DNA of 64,000 nucleotides from an uncultured virus (IMG/VR IMGVR_UViG_2061766007_000520) (IMGVR_UViG_2061766007_000520), one strand, 5' to 3'. Positions 41,730 to 53,215 are shown, counted from the first letter of the stretch. The notes: generated by a model from the sequence alone, not told the origin. A program made the numbers and translations.

Positions 41730-42391
41730 AGATACCCTTTAGTGAGCCAGAGTTCCGTCTCACCGTACACGTTGTATTTTGAATCATATTTATCTTTCCA
41801 GTAATTTTTAATGTTGTAGCTCTCGCAGGTGCCCTGCGGCTCGACATAAAGCCAAGTGCCGCCTGACTGCACGCGCACGAACAGGTGATGCCAGTGGGTG
41901 TTGTCGTTCTTGTTGCGCACAATCTCGCACTCATAGTCATTGTAACGGCTGTCCCATTCAAGCTTGAATGTCACGGCATAGTCCACGCAGTTAATCTTGC
42001 TGTCGGAGTTTGTGTCATGCACCATCCGCTGTGTCGCTTTGAGCACCGTGCATATCCGCTCGTCAGTTCTCAGCGCGGTAGGATTGCTCTCCGTCCTCGG
42101 CTTGCATTTCAGCACCAGAAAAAAGCACAGGCAGGCTACAGCTATCAGCTTGCAGACGCGCTTGAAAATCCTGTCCCCCCTTCTTTTCCTGTATGCCAAG
42201 TCATAGTAGCCGATGTAGCTCTTAGCCGTGGCATCGACCGACAGCCTCTCATAGTCGCTAAGCCCGGAGTAGCAGTGAGAAAGCCGCCTGTAAGTGTCGC
42301 AGTTATGGCAGGNNNNNNNNNNNNNNNNNNNNNNNNNNNNNNNNNNNNNNNNNNNNACATATGCCAGACTGTTTGTATACGCTGTACCCAT
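41726..42391 (-). CDS. Membrane-anchored transglutaminase/papain-like protein
   Basis: TM helix followed by NCVDYA, HLFVRV and WLYVEPQ (possible C-H-E triad). Confidence 0.5.
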   Translation of the reverse strand: MGTAYTNSLAYXXXXXXXXXXXXXXXXCHNCDTYRRLSHCYSGLSDYERLSVDATAKSYIGYYDLAYRKRRGDRIFKRVCKLIAVACLCFFLVLKCKPRTESNPTALRTDERICTVLKATQRMVHDTNSDSKINCVDYAVTFKLEWDSRYNDYECEIVRNKNDNTHWHHLFVRVQSGGTWLYVEPQGTCESYNIKNYWKDKYDSKYNVYGETELWLTKGYL

Positions 42392-42436
42392 TCAGGACTC
42401 CTTTCCCGCTACAGGGGCACTAAGCCCCTGTAACAT

Positions 42437-42910
42437 CTAACGATTAGGCAGCTCCCCGATTTCCATAAGGGTATATGTGGAAAGCAGCTTGTTCTCAGGT
42501 GTCTCTTTGTACACCACAATCGTGCCTTTCTTCGCCCATTCCCTTACATGGTGGTCAATCGTGCTCTTGCCTTTGAGCGTCTTGTCAAAGGCTTCCTTGA
42601 GCGTGAATGACGCGCCGACTTCAGGCGAAGCACCGAAGAGGGTGCGGAAAATAGACTGCGCTCCGACATTGACATTGGCAGAGATAAGCCCGAGCAAAAA
42701 GTCCTTGTCCTCGTCATCGAACGTGTCCCATGTTCCGTTGTCTTTCATCTTTGTAATGAAGTTCTGCGCATCGCTGATGCGCTTCTTGTTGTCTTCCCTA
42801 CGCTGATTGTTGAGCCTGCGCATTGCCTCACGCTTGTAGCTCTTGCGCTTCTCCAGTTTGTCAGCGGCAATCTCCAGTTTCATAGGGTCATCCATAAGTT
42901 CATTTTTCAT
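42437..42910 (-). CDS. Hypothetical protein, possibly DNA-binding
   Basis: Basic N-terminal helix; lies downstream of a boxed promoter at 42935-42977. Confidence 0.45.
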   Translation of the reverse strand: MKNELMDDPMKLEIAADKLEKRKSYKREAMRRLNNQRREDNKKRISDAQNFITKMKDNGTWDTFDDEDKDFLLGLISANVNVGAQSIFRTLFGASPEVGASFTLKEAFDKTLKGKSTIDHHVREWAKKGTIVVYKETPENKLLSTYTLMEIGELPNR

Positions 42911-42997
42911 AAGTATATCTCCTTTACCATGTGTATAGTAACACGATTTTATGCAAGTTAATAATTATCAGGTGACGTTGTTGCACATTGCCCATTA

Positions 42998-43429
42998 TTA
43001 TGTGTGCTCCGTAAGCCACCTTCCAAGATTCAGCTTCACAAAGTCCGCCGGACTGAAGACAAAAGCATCCTTGTCCTCTGCCCTTACGATATTGTCTTCT
43101 TTAAGAGAGCCCATTCGCACAATGAGCACTCCGTCCTTCAGCCCTACGAACGTCCACGAGCATTTCCTGCCTTTAAGACACCGCCAGTAAGACACCGCCC
43201 ACATCTGCTGACCGCTCCGCCACGGAACACGCCAGTACGCGCTCTTAATGGAAGATTTAGGCATATTTTTAAGCTCAATCCACCAGTCCGCGCCGCCGCC
43301 CATAGCATAGACATCGGGCATACCCACGGTAGTCATGCCTGTCTCGACACGGAAAGTGTCAAAGCCCTGTGCTTTAAGCTTCCGCAGGATATACTGCCCG
43401 AACAGTTTTTCACTCCGCCACATTTGCAC
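42998..43429 (-). CDS. PD-(D/E)xK nuclease (VRR-NUC / Holliday junction resolvase-like)
   Basis: SEK.F, RVET…GMPDV, WIELK and Q..W motifs. Confidence 0.75.
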   Translation of the reverse strand: MQMWRSEKLFGQYILRKLKAQGFDTFRVETGMTTVGMPDVYAMGGGADWWIELKNMPKSSIKSAYWRVPWRSGQQMWAVSYWRCLKGRKCSWTFVGLKDGVLIVRMGSLKEDNIVRAEDKDAFVFSPADFVKLNLGRWLTEHT

Positions 43430-44949
43430 CTTCCTTCTGCTTGTAGTCCTTTATGTTTTCATTTGTAAGGTCTGTGCCATTCCTCCTCGTCCCATGCACG
43501 TATCAGGATGTCCTCGCTTGCCTTAGCGTTCAGGATGTCCTCGTCCATAATAAGATAAGTGTAGACTTCATCTGCCCCTTTCCACTTAACAAGTCCGTTG
43601 CCTTTGGCAAGCCACTTTGCAAGCTCGATGTTTGTCATAACGTTATGCTCGCGGAGCTTGTCAGGAACGTCGTAGGCATATTTGAAGCACTGTCCAGTAG
43701 CGCATCCCCAAAACGGATAGTCAGGGTTACTCGACCTCTCCAGCGGCTCACACTCCATGTCACCGCGCTCCAATGCTTCCTGAATCGCATCCAAGCTGTT
43801 TGAGAGGAAATATTCTTTGTCCAAGTCCATACCCTCACAGCCAGTAAAAAGCCTGTCAATTTTTAGCATCTTCAATCCCCCTTAAATATTCAGCCACGGC
43901 AGTGTCAATGACTACCCAGCCATGCTCAATCATCACACCCTCAAGGGCTTCCCAATCAACGTCATTGATAACCGCGACAATATCATCATCAGTAACAGCC
44001 CTATCAGTGATGCACTTGTCGAGTGCTACCCCTACGTCCTCACGGAACCACCGCACCTCGGCAAGCGGTTTCTCAACAAAATCCTCGTCAAGCACGTAAG
44101 CATAGCGGTAGCTGTTGCCGTCACGCACCGAACGGAAAGCAGCGTATTGCTCGTCATGCTTCTCCACCGTCTCAGGCTCGTTACAGCAGTCCGTGCCGTT
44201 CTCTACGTAGTCAAAAATATCGTCCAGACTGTCAGAGATAAGACACCGCTTCCCAATAAGCGCATCATCCCAAGCAGCATACAATCTCCTGAAATCAAAC
44301 TTTTCTACTTTCATAGTTGCTCCTCATATAATCAAGCAAATCGGACAAGAAGAAAAACTGCTTCTTCGTCAGATTCTTGTTGTGATAGTTCACGATGCTG
44401 TTAAGCTCCTGAACCATGTGAAGGTCACTGCCGACAAAATCCTCGTCAAGCACGTAGGCATACCAGAAATAATCCTCGTGCTCGTCAGACCAGAACGGCG
44501 CAGTGTCCTTGCTCATCTTCATAAGTACCTCGCTTTCATAAGTACCGTCCTCGACTGCGTAGAACAGTTCATCAATCGTGTTGCCCAAGATGACGCGCTT
44601 CCCGATGAGAGCCGTGTCATAATCATCGCACAATCTCCTGAAATCAAAATGCACCAGTTCCATAGTTACCCCCTAAAGAAATATATCATTCTCCAAGCAC
44701 CACTCGACAACTTTCTTATCCGACTTTGTGAGCACGTCCTTAGGCACAAAGCAGTAGATAAGCTCGTCAAGCGCAATCAAATCCTTCTCGTTGACATATG
44801 CTTCCTGCATTTCTCCGATGACCTTACTAAGCGAGTCCTCGAACATCAATACGACAGGCTCATTAGGATTCCTGTCTTTCCCGATGTCAACGTAGCGTCC
44901 GTAGTAAGTGACACCTTTCCATTCAGCCGTGCAGTTCAACCGCATTTTA

Positions 44950-47900
44950 CCCCCTTTAACAAGCCCCCTAGAGGGCTTGTTACTGCTGTTCAAATATCTG
45001 TTGTCAAGCCTTGCTGTGCTATCAGCAAGCGCACCCTCTTGTCCCTAGCCATGCGCTTCACTGCCTTGTGCACAGCGTTCCAGTAACGTTTCTCACCCCT
45101 GCGGAAAGCAAGTTTCTTGCGCTGTTCCGCAAGCTCCAGAGTGTCACTGTCCACCTGATTCACCTGTCTGGTGTAATCGCGGTAGTACCTGTCCCACAGC
45201 ACTTGACCGATTTTGGCTACTTTTTCCGTCAAACTTCCGTCTTTCCCAAGATACAGGGAATGATGATACAACCCATTCGCAACTGTATCTTTGTAGAACG
45301 TATGAAGCACACCCTCACCGAGTATACTGAAACAACTGAATAACCGCTGATACTTCAACAGTCTATGATACTCTTCAATTTTAACCATGCTACCCCCTTT
45401 TTATGAGCAGGAAACAACCCCAAAAAATCTACGTGACATCGTGCATCAATNNNNNNNNNNNNNNNNNNNNGACATTTTTTATATTCAGAGAAAAAATTTT
45501 TTTCAGTTCTCTGTGTATAAAATTACAGGCATACCCTTAGAACCGACATTGTTGCGCGTTGTCAATTAGCTTGTCAAAAGCTTCAATTGCATCTTCATCT
45601 TCTATCTCTTTACCAGTGTAGCCAGTAGCAAGATATTGTATGAGTTCAAGTATCTGATAGTCACGTTTTATTCTCCACCTTGCCGTGCGCTTGTAGTGCG
45701 GAGTAATGTCCGTGCGCATATCCAGATTGTCATATTCTTTTTCAAGGGAATCCAGTTTCTTCTTGCACTGCTCCAAGATATAAGCCCTGTTCATAGTTCT
45801 ATCCTCTGCAAGTTGTTGATGTTCTTCCTGATGTAAGATTTCTTGATAACGTCCAGCCACGGCTTGACACCCTCGTAGCCTTTCTTCGGCTTTCCGTCAG
45901 CTATCCACTGCTTCACTACGGCAATCGCGAGCATGACGGCAGATGCTTTCTCCGTAGCGCAGATGATTGAAAGCTCTTCTTTTGTCCAAGGCTTGTTTTT
46001 CCTGTTGCCGACAGGAGGTCTGCCCCCTTTTCTCCACTGCTTCATTATACCCCCTTATCGGGCTACAGCGTAGCCCGATACTGCTGTTCTAATATCCCCT
46101 TAACAAGTTACGCTGTTCTAATACTGTAGGTTTTTATCTACACCCTTTGGGGTGTAGATAAAGCACAAGCTTCCTCAACCGTAAGGCTGCGTGCTTTTTC
46201 CTTGTAGCCTTTTGATGCGCGGAACAGGAACGCTTTTGTGTCCACGTCCTGTGCTTCCTGTGCTTTCTGCACCAGTCTGTCACTTGCCCTTATGAGCCTT
46301 TCATACTCATATTCTGTGCCATTCATATACGTCCCCCAAATCCATGTTGTCCACTCGCCACTTGAAAAGGTCAGTGTCAAATACAAGCTCTCCTGTGCGC
46401 TCCTCGCTTGCTGACGTAGCAAAAAAGCATACTTTATCTCCATGTACACACCATTCACCGCCGCAATCCTGTATCATGCCGCCTTTGTCATAGGCAGACA
46501 ACACCTCTTTGGTGATATGAATGTTCACATCGTCAAAGTCCTGCGGTATCTTCACCGTGCCCTGTCTGCCGTAGCAGTCTGCCGTGTCCTCAAGAAAAGA
46601 CAAGCACTGCTCAACGGCAACCTGAAGTAATTTCTGCTCCATTTTACACCTCGAAACTGTCGAAAAGTTCCTGTGTTTCAAGCTCCGTGTTGCGCAAGCT
46701 CTGCTCGTTGTCAAGACAAAACTTATTCTTTGTGACAAGCGTAGTTCTTACCTCGTTTTTTACTGCCTGCCAGTTCTTGACAAACTTCTTTACGACATCA
46801 AGCTCATAATTGGTGAGCGTGCTTTTAGCCCTCGTGATGTGACAGCCTAATCCTGTGATAGACACATATTCACCAAAGCAGATTTTATAGGTATCTTCGA
46901 GCCAGATGTTTATATAGTAAGCACCAATAACTTCTTTGTACGGCTTGTACTGCTCATAAAACCAGTCGAGCATCTGACGGGCAATGCCCGATGCTTTCTG
47001 CGTGTTTTCCTTGTGCCAAGTTTCCGTGTTGTGCCTGTAGTTCTCAATCGCTGTTTTGATAGCTTCAAGTTCTTTGTCCATATTTACCCCCTTTAACAAG
47101 CCCTCTAGGGGCTTGTTACTGTCGTTCATTTATCATCTGCACAATATCATCGTGCAGAAAAGCCATAAGCCTTTTGTCGTTGCTGTCAAGCAACGCATCG
47201 CCTACCCTGTCAAGCAACGGCAAGTAGTGCTGTTCCGCATACATCAGCCAGCCGTCAAAACCGCCGTAGCTTTCAAGCAGTTTATCCATGTCGTTCATAG
47301 GTCTTCTCCCTTTCTTGCTACGTGCTGTTTTCTTACGTGTAGCACGTTTCACAAAGCGCATTGCTTTTTTAATCACACGCTTCCAGTTTAACCGCATCTT
47401 GCACCGCCTTTCTCGGCTTAAACTCGATATGCTCCGCAAGGATACGCACCGCGTTCCTGTGGCTTACGAGCGTACCGACAACGCACACTCCGCGACCGTC
47501 TTCCCACTGCGTTCTCATAAAGTTCATTATAACGCCATGAGCGATGACAGTAAAAGCAAAATGTTCAGTGTCTACCGTGCCGTCCGCTTTCCTGTACGCT
47601 CTGGTTGTCACAATACGGAAAGAATCTTTCCGCAAGCTTTCAGGTACAAGCGTACCCTCGATGATTAAGCTGTTCAACATATTCATTTATACCCCTTTTA
47701 TCGGGCTACAGCGTAGCCCGATACTGTGTTTCAATACTACAGCGTAGCCTTGACAGCGTTTATCTCCTTGCACCGCATGAACGCTATCTCCATGCCCCTG
47801 TCAGAGCAAGTCCTCACATAATCAGGTTTAAGCACATCGCTTATCCCCACCAGAACGTAACCGTCAGCAACCATTGACGTGATTTCTTTCGCTGTCCGCA

Positions 47901-48460
47901 TATATACCGTGTAGTTTTCCTTGTCACGCAGCATTTTGCTGAACAGTGACCGCACGGAATAACTGCTGCCTTTTTTATGCACGTCCAGCCACTCTTTTTT
48001 AGGCAACCAGACATGATACATCGGCTCATCCAACATAATTACCCCCTTTATCGCTTTATCGGGCTACGCTGTAGCCCGATACTGCTTCTATAGACTTCTC
48101 CCGAAGTTCTCCGTTGCTTTCCTGTTCCACCTTTTAAGGTGTACCATGTTTAATTTATCAGTTTCCCAGTTGTAGTCCACGCGCACGACCTTAGCACCTT
48201 TCCGCCAATTAGGCGTAGCATAGTAAGCGTCATTAGTGTCATACCAGAACCAGTAAGTGAACACGTTACCACGCATCACGGAATCGAACACCCCGAACGT
48301 TTCCGCGATGATGCACCGCTTGTCTTCCCTGTCTGCGTTAAGGAAGTCCGCAATGCGCTGATTCAATTTGTCACCGTGCAAGTATGTTTTCCAGAAGTCT
48401 ATCAAGTGTTGCATATTCACCCCCTTAGCAAGCCCCTAGAGGGCTTGCTACTGCTGTTCA
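44950..48460 (-). repeat. Six dispersed intergenic GAACAGCAG-hairpin-SD elements (44950, 46050, 47087, 47692, 48042, 48420) plus a collapsed copy at about 46095
   Basis: Type A TARCAAGCCC…GGGCTTGYTA and type B TATCGGGCTAC…GTAGCCCGATA hairpins in the same flanks. Confidence 0.85.
47369..47686 (-). CDS. Second, short SSB-like OB-fold protein
   Basis: MNMLNSLIIEG…GRGVCVVG.L…ILAEHIEFKP, resembling spirochaete SSB paralogues. Confidence 0.65.
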   Translation of the reverse strand: MNMLNSLIIEGTLVPESLRKDSFRIVTTRAYRKADGTVDTEHFAFTVIAHGVIMNFMRTQWEDGRGVCVVGTLVSHRNAVRILAEHIEFKPRKAVQDAVKLEACD

Positions 48461-48905
48461 TTTACCACCTTTCCCGAAACTCCACGTACCATGTCATATC
48501 ATCGGCACTGTCAACAGGAAAAAGCTCACAATGATTGCACGGAAAGTGTTCATCGTCTTGGAAATACATTTCAAGTACACGTTCCCGAATCTGGAAGAAC
48601 ACGTCGCACGGTTTGCCCAGAACACCTTGCGCAATTGCGTTCAGTCTGTTCTGTGTAGTCATTGTGTCATAGCCACATTTACAGAACGTAATGCGTCTTT
48701 CTGTGTAGTCGATGTCAGCTATCAGGTTGCCCCATATGCGGAAACTGCCAGTGTCACCGTCACACTCAAACTGATTGAATGTTTTTCTGAAAGGCTTTTT
48801 AGCCTTTATCCTTTCCCTGCAATAATAATCAATTTTTCTCATACTGTACCCCCTTAATTTCCGATTGACAAGCTACAAAGTAGCTTGTCATTTGTCTATG
48901 CTTAG

Positions 48906-48940
48906 AATGTATCACATGACATTTGATGTGTCAAGTGATA
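48906..48940 (-). promoter_or_regulatory. Strong early sigma70 promoter inside a 31-bp palindrome
   Basis: TTGACA-17-TACATT with extended TG; TATCACATGACA-N7-TGTCAAGTGATA. Confidence 0.8.
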
Positions 48941-50151
48941 TTTTTGCAATTTTGCTTTTATTTTTTTCGTCATATTCATGTATGTNNNNNNNNNNNNNNN
49001 NNNNNNNNNNCGAATAGTTGTACCGCCTCATACATTCTGCCGAGCATAAAAGCCTTGCCAGTAACATAATTATCGTACTTGTCAAACAGGATATACGACA
49101 CGACATACTGCTTGTTGTTGCCGTAGCACCTGACAACAAAATGCGAGCCGTTTACTGTTTTTACTGTATCAGTTTTCAGTTTCATGTTTCACCCCTCGTT
49201 ATAAATCATGTAAGCCGTTCTGCCGTGACAATTATCCCTACTGCATACGTTAAGGATAGCAAAGCAAGTATCAAAATTACCTACGTGCACGGTATGTTGC
49301 CCCACTATAGCATCACTTATGTATACTTCACTCATGCCGTCACCTCTTTAGCAAGCGTTACAAGTTCCGTTTCGTCACTGCAATAATGATTGCGTCCCCC
49401 TGTATAATCGCGCTCGTTTACTGCCGAACGTATCATAACGGTATCGGGCAAGCAAGTAATATCAGTGCTGATGTAGCACAGTTTTCCAGTGTCGGGACTC
49501 TCAAAAAATCCTGTAAAGCCCTGTTTTCTGCCGTTGATATTATGATTACTGTGCTTGATAGCCATAAAGCCGTGTTTTTTAAGTAAATTGTTTACGGTTA
49601 CAAAACTAGCATATCTTTTAATCATCGTTCCGTGTTCTCCTTTTAATCACTCTGTAGGGTCTAGGGTCGTTTTCCCTGTATGCTTTTACATCGTTCCGAA
49701 ACTCTTGCCCCTCTTGCTTGTCAAGAGGTATGTAATAAGAATTACAGTCTACGGCTATCAAGTCGCCCCACTGCCCACAATAAAGCCCCTGTAAAACCTT
49801 TTCGTACGTGTATTTTCGCTGTTTCATGCTTGCCCCCTTATATATTCTCTATGTTGCACTTATACATAGGGTAGTTAACCGTATCAACTACACGCTCAAC
49901 TGCTTCCCTTGAACGGTTAAGTCCGATACCTTTTATTTTTATATCCGCTGCAATGCGTAGCAATCGGTTATCCAGTACCAGATACACGTCAAAAATCGCT
50001 CCGTTGTTGTTCCGCTGTCGGTGCGTGCAAAGTGTATAGATGTTCACGCGCTTTTCTTTATCCTGTTTTTCCGCATCTTGCAAGCGTTCCGTCAAGATGT
50101 CTTTTCTCATAATCCAAGTGTTTATTGTCATAATTTGCCCCCTTTAATATC

Positions 50152-50186
50152 ACTGTATCACATGACACTTTACTTGTCAAGTGATA
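50152..50186 (-). promoter_or_regulatory. Second copy of the early promoter/palindrome
   Basis: TTGACA-17-TACAGT; same palindrome arms. Confidence 0.8.
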
Positions 50187-51763
50187 TTTTTTAATCATAA
50201 TACGCTACGTGTTTCCAGTTGCCCTTGTTCGTCTTAGTTGTTTGCGAGCAATTGACACGCTTGTTTTCCATGTTGCAAAGCAGTTGCTTATAACAAAATC
50301 GCTCGTAAGTAACTCTTTTACCGTCAACAAAGTAAATGCTTGTCTTATCCGGTCTAACAATTTCCGTAAACTTCATATTTGTCCCCTTAATAGCAATAGC
50401 TATCTGTATCTTTATTAAAGTTACGTGCTATTTCTCTTGCACGTTCTAGCGTACTACAAGCATTGAAACCCCTTACACCGTAAACTTTTACGGTGTAGAC
50501 ATTCCCTGTTTTTTCATCAAAATAACGCACGGTATAAGCACGGTTTACACGGTCAAAATTAGTGTACTCCGATGTAATAAAGCAACCGTTTTTATATAAC
50601 GTGCTTTCAATGCGTGAACCGAAAAAGCGCATTGTTTTACGGTCGAAAAAGTGACCGCCCTTTTCTTTGTGCATTTGTTTCATGTCGGCAATAGTCATTA
50701 TTCACCCCCTTATAAACTCCACGTCATAGCAACAACACGGCAAGCCAAAACACGGACTAAACGTAAAATAACTATCATCTGATATAGCAGCAATAGTTGC
50801 CTCTTCAAGTTGTTCTGCAACCAGCCAATTATTGATATTCTCTAANNNNNNNNNNNNNNNNNNGTCACCATACACAAGATAAGCTATTGCATAATCTGGA
50901 ACGCTATATATCATCTTTTACCCCTTTATCAGCAACCCAATCGCAACTAGCCCCCTTTTCAGGGGCTAGTTGTTAATGTTTTATAACCCTGTAACATTAA
51001 CGGCTTTCGTGCCGTCAATGAGCTGTAGCTTTAGTTCCTTNNNNNNNNNNNNNNNNNNNNNNNNNNNNNNNNNNNNNNNNNNNNNNNNNNNNNNNNNNNN
51101 NNNNNNNNNNNNNNNNNNNNNNNNNNGTTCCGCTTTATTTATTGCACGTTTAATGCGTACAATCTCATTGCTCACCGTTTCCGCAATGTTAAGATACAAC
51201 CGCAAATCATCTTGCTTTCTGTAGGTAATGTCTACCGTAGCAATCCAACCGTAAAAATTACTGTGAATCTGATACGCTTGTTTTGTTACCCTCGTTTCTT
51301 CGCTACTGTAGCCCCAAAATAAAGCGTACATATCATTCGTGATTTTAATTATTTGCATAGCCTGCCCCCTATCCATAAGATAAATGATATTAAAGCCCTC
51401 ACGCCGAACGTGCAAGCGCACCAGTATAACACGGTATCACGCATTATGTTCTCTTTGCGCCAATATCTATGACTTAACGCAAGATATATAGCTATAATGC
51501 CGTTTAGCATAAAGTCTACCAGATGTATATTTTTAGCCCCTTTATACTGGTATCTTTGTACATGGTGCAAAATGTATTTTACTTGCACCCAGTTCCTTTC
51601 ATCTAGCGGAAAACTCCGCCGTGTCGCTTGACGTGTTCCGCTTGTCAAGTGACATCTTCAAGGTAACACGGCAAAAACAGAGTGTCAAGTGGTTTTTTTG
51701 CAATTTTTGCGATTTTTTGCAATTTTTTCGCTAAACAAGCGTATAGTGTCACCCTGCAACAAT

Positions 51764-51825
51764 GTAACACGGCTCACGAAACATTGTAAATGTTGCAACG
51801 TAACACGGCTCACGAAACATTGTAA
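51764..51825. repeat. Two 26-bp direct repeats in the non-coding divergence region
   Basis: GTAACACGGCTCACGAAACATTGTAA at 51764 and 51800; partial copy GTAACACGGC at 51663. Confidence 0.85.
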
Positions 51826-52589
51826 CAAGCCGCCAGATTTTACGATGTTAAAAACAGGGGATGTGGCGTGTACATCAACATAGCCAGAAACTTTTTTAGC
51901 CGAAAAACGAGAAAATACCNNNNNNNNNNNNNNNNNNNNNNNNNNNNNNNNNNNNNNNNNNNNNNNNNNNNNNNNNNNNNNNNNNNNNNNNNNNNNNNNN
52001 NNNNNNNNNNNNNNNNNNNNNNNNNNNNNNNNNNNNNNNNNNNNNNNNNNNNNNNNNNNNNNNNNNNNNNNNNNNNNNNNNNNNNNNNNNNNNNNNNNNN
52101 NNNNNNNCGTTGTCACGTTACCAAATCATGCCACGTTACCCCAATGACCCTTGAAACAGGAACAAGGAAAAACGCTCGAAAGTTACTTATTGACAGTATA
52201 CGTATCAACTTACCATCGTTGGCGGTTTACAAGTGTATCAATGTCGGTCATGTTTGATTTTTAAAATATCCTTACTTGGGGACGGGAAAAATTTCAACCG
52301 TTCAAATGTAAAAATTAACAAGCAACCCCTAAATTCAGTCATTGATACATGATGTCACGTAGATTTTTTAAGGGTTGTCAAGTGATTTTTGGCAGTTTTA
52401 TACTAAATGTCATCTGATAACACGTAACGTAGCCTGATAGAAGATTTTTTACAAAAAATAGGTAACAATGTATAGTATACAGTGAAACGTGTAACAAGAT
52501 ACAAGCTCCGTCCACGCCCCTCCATCCTCCCATGCTATCCATTAAGAGGGTCGCGTGTCACGCATACCCTTTACCCGCTCTTTTTCCAC

Positions 52590-52618
52590 TTTACAAGCAA
52601 TTCGTTATGTGCTACACT
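52590..52618 (+). promoter_or_regulatory. Sigma70-type promoter for the packaging operon
   Basis: TTTACA-17-TACACT with extended TG. Confidence 0.65.
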
Positions 52619-52643
52619 TTTAGTATCATGTTGGAGGTATATC

Positions 52644-53163
52644 ATGGTAAACGTTATGTGTCAGACACCTGAAGTGATAAGACTTACGCAGCTTACACCT
52701 TTTCAGGGCGACCTGAAGAAGAGGACATCGCATGATGTCAAGTCCCTTGCGGCGAGCATACAGGAAGAAGGGTTACTCATGCCTTTTGCCGTATGGCAGC
52801 ATGACGGCATCAACAGCCTGTTGGACGGTCATGGAAGGCTCATGGCCCTCAATGAGCTTGCCAAGGAGGACTCTTCTATAGAAGAGCAGGACTTTCCTGT
52901 GATATNNNNNNNNNNNNNNNNNNNNNNNNNNNNNNNNTACGTCTGCATACGGAAAGATTACGCGGGACGGAGCCGTGAGCTTCTGCGCGTCAATTCCCGA
53001 GTATCATGCCCCCTCAATCAACAAGTTCGTATACCGTAAGCCGAGGAAGAGCAGGCTGCAGGAGCAGAGGAACGAGCAGATTATCAGGATAGCAGTGTCA
53101 TCTGACAAAGTTCCTGCGGTACTTGAGCTTTTTAAATCAGTAAGCTATATCAAGGTACTGTAA
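52644..53163 (+). CDS. ParB/Srx N-terminal-domain protein (gap inside)
   Basis: LAASIQEEGLLMPFAVW…LLDGHGRLMAL; GGAGG RBS. Confidence 0.75.
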
Positions 53164-53215
53164 CTGAGATACCTGCGCTTTACGCAGGTATCTCGTTGTA
53201 TAACAAGGAGTTATC

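Larger units (their letters stand above)
43459..51421 (-). other. Early region of about 20 small hypothetical ORFs, most with an AAGGGG(G) RBS
   Basis: Co-oriented short ORFs (e.g. 44673..44945, 46644..47081, 48088..48414, 48462..48842, 50387..50698) downstream of strong promoters. Confidence 0.65.

Noticed and set aside
44950..48460. Repeats considered as a CRISPR array or integron attC sites
   Set aside because: The intervals are whole genes of several hundred bp or more, there is no cas or integrase gene, and the hairpins are too short and lack consistent RYYYAAC/GTTRRRY ends.
52644..53163. ParB as evidence of a plasmid-prophage lifestyle
   Set aside because: No ParA, and only the N-terminal ParB/Srx domain is present next to the terminase, a common arrangement in phage packaging regions.
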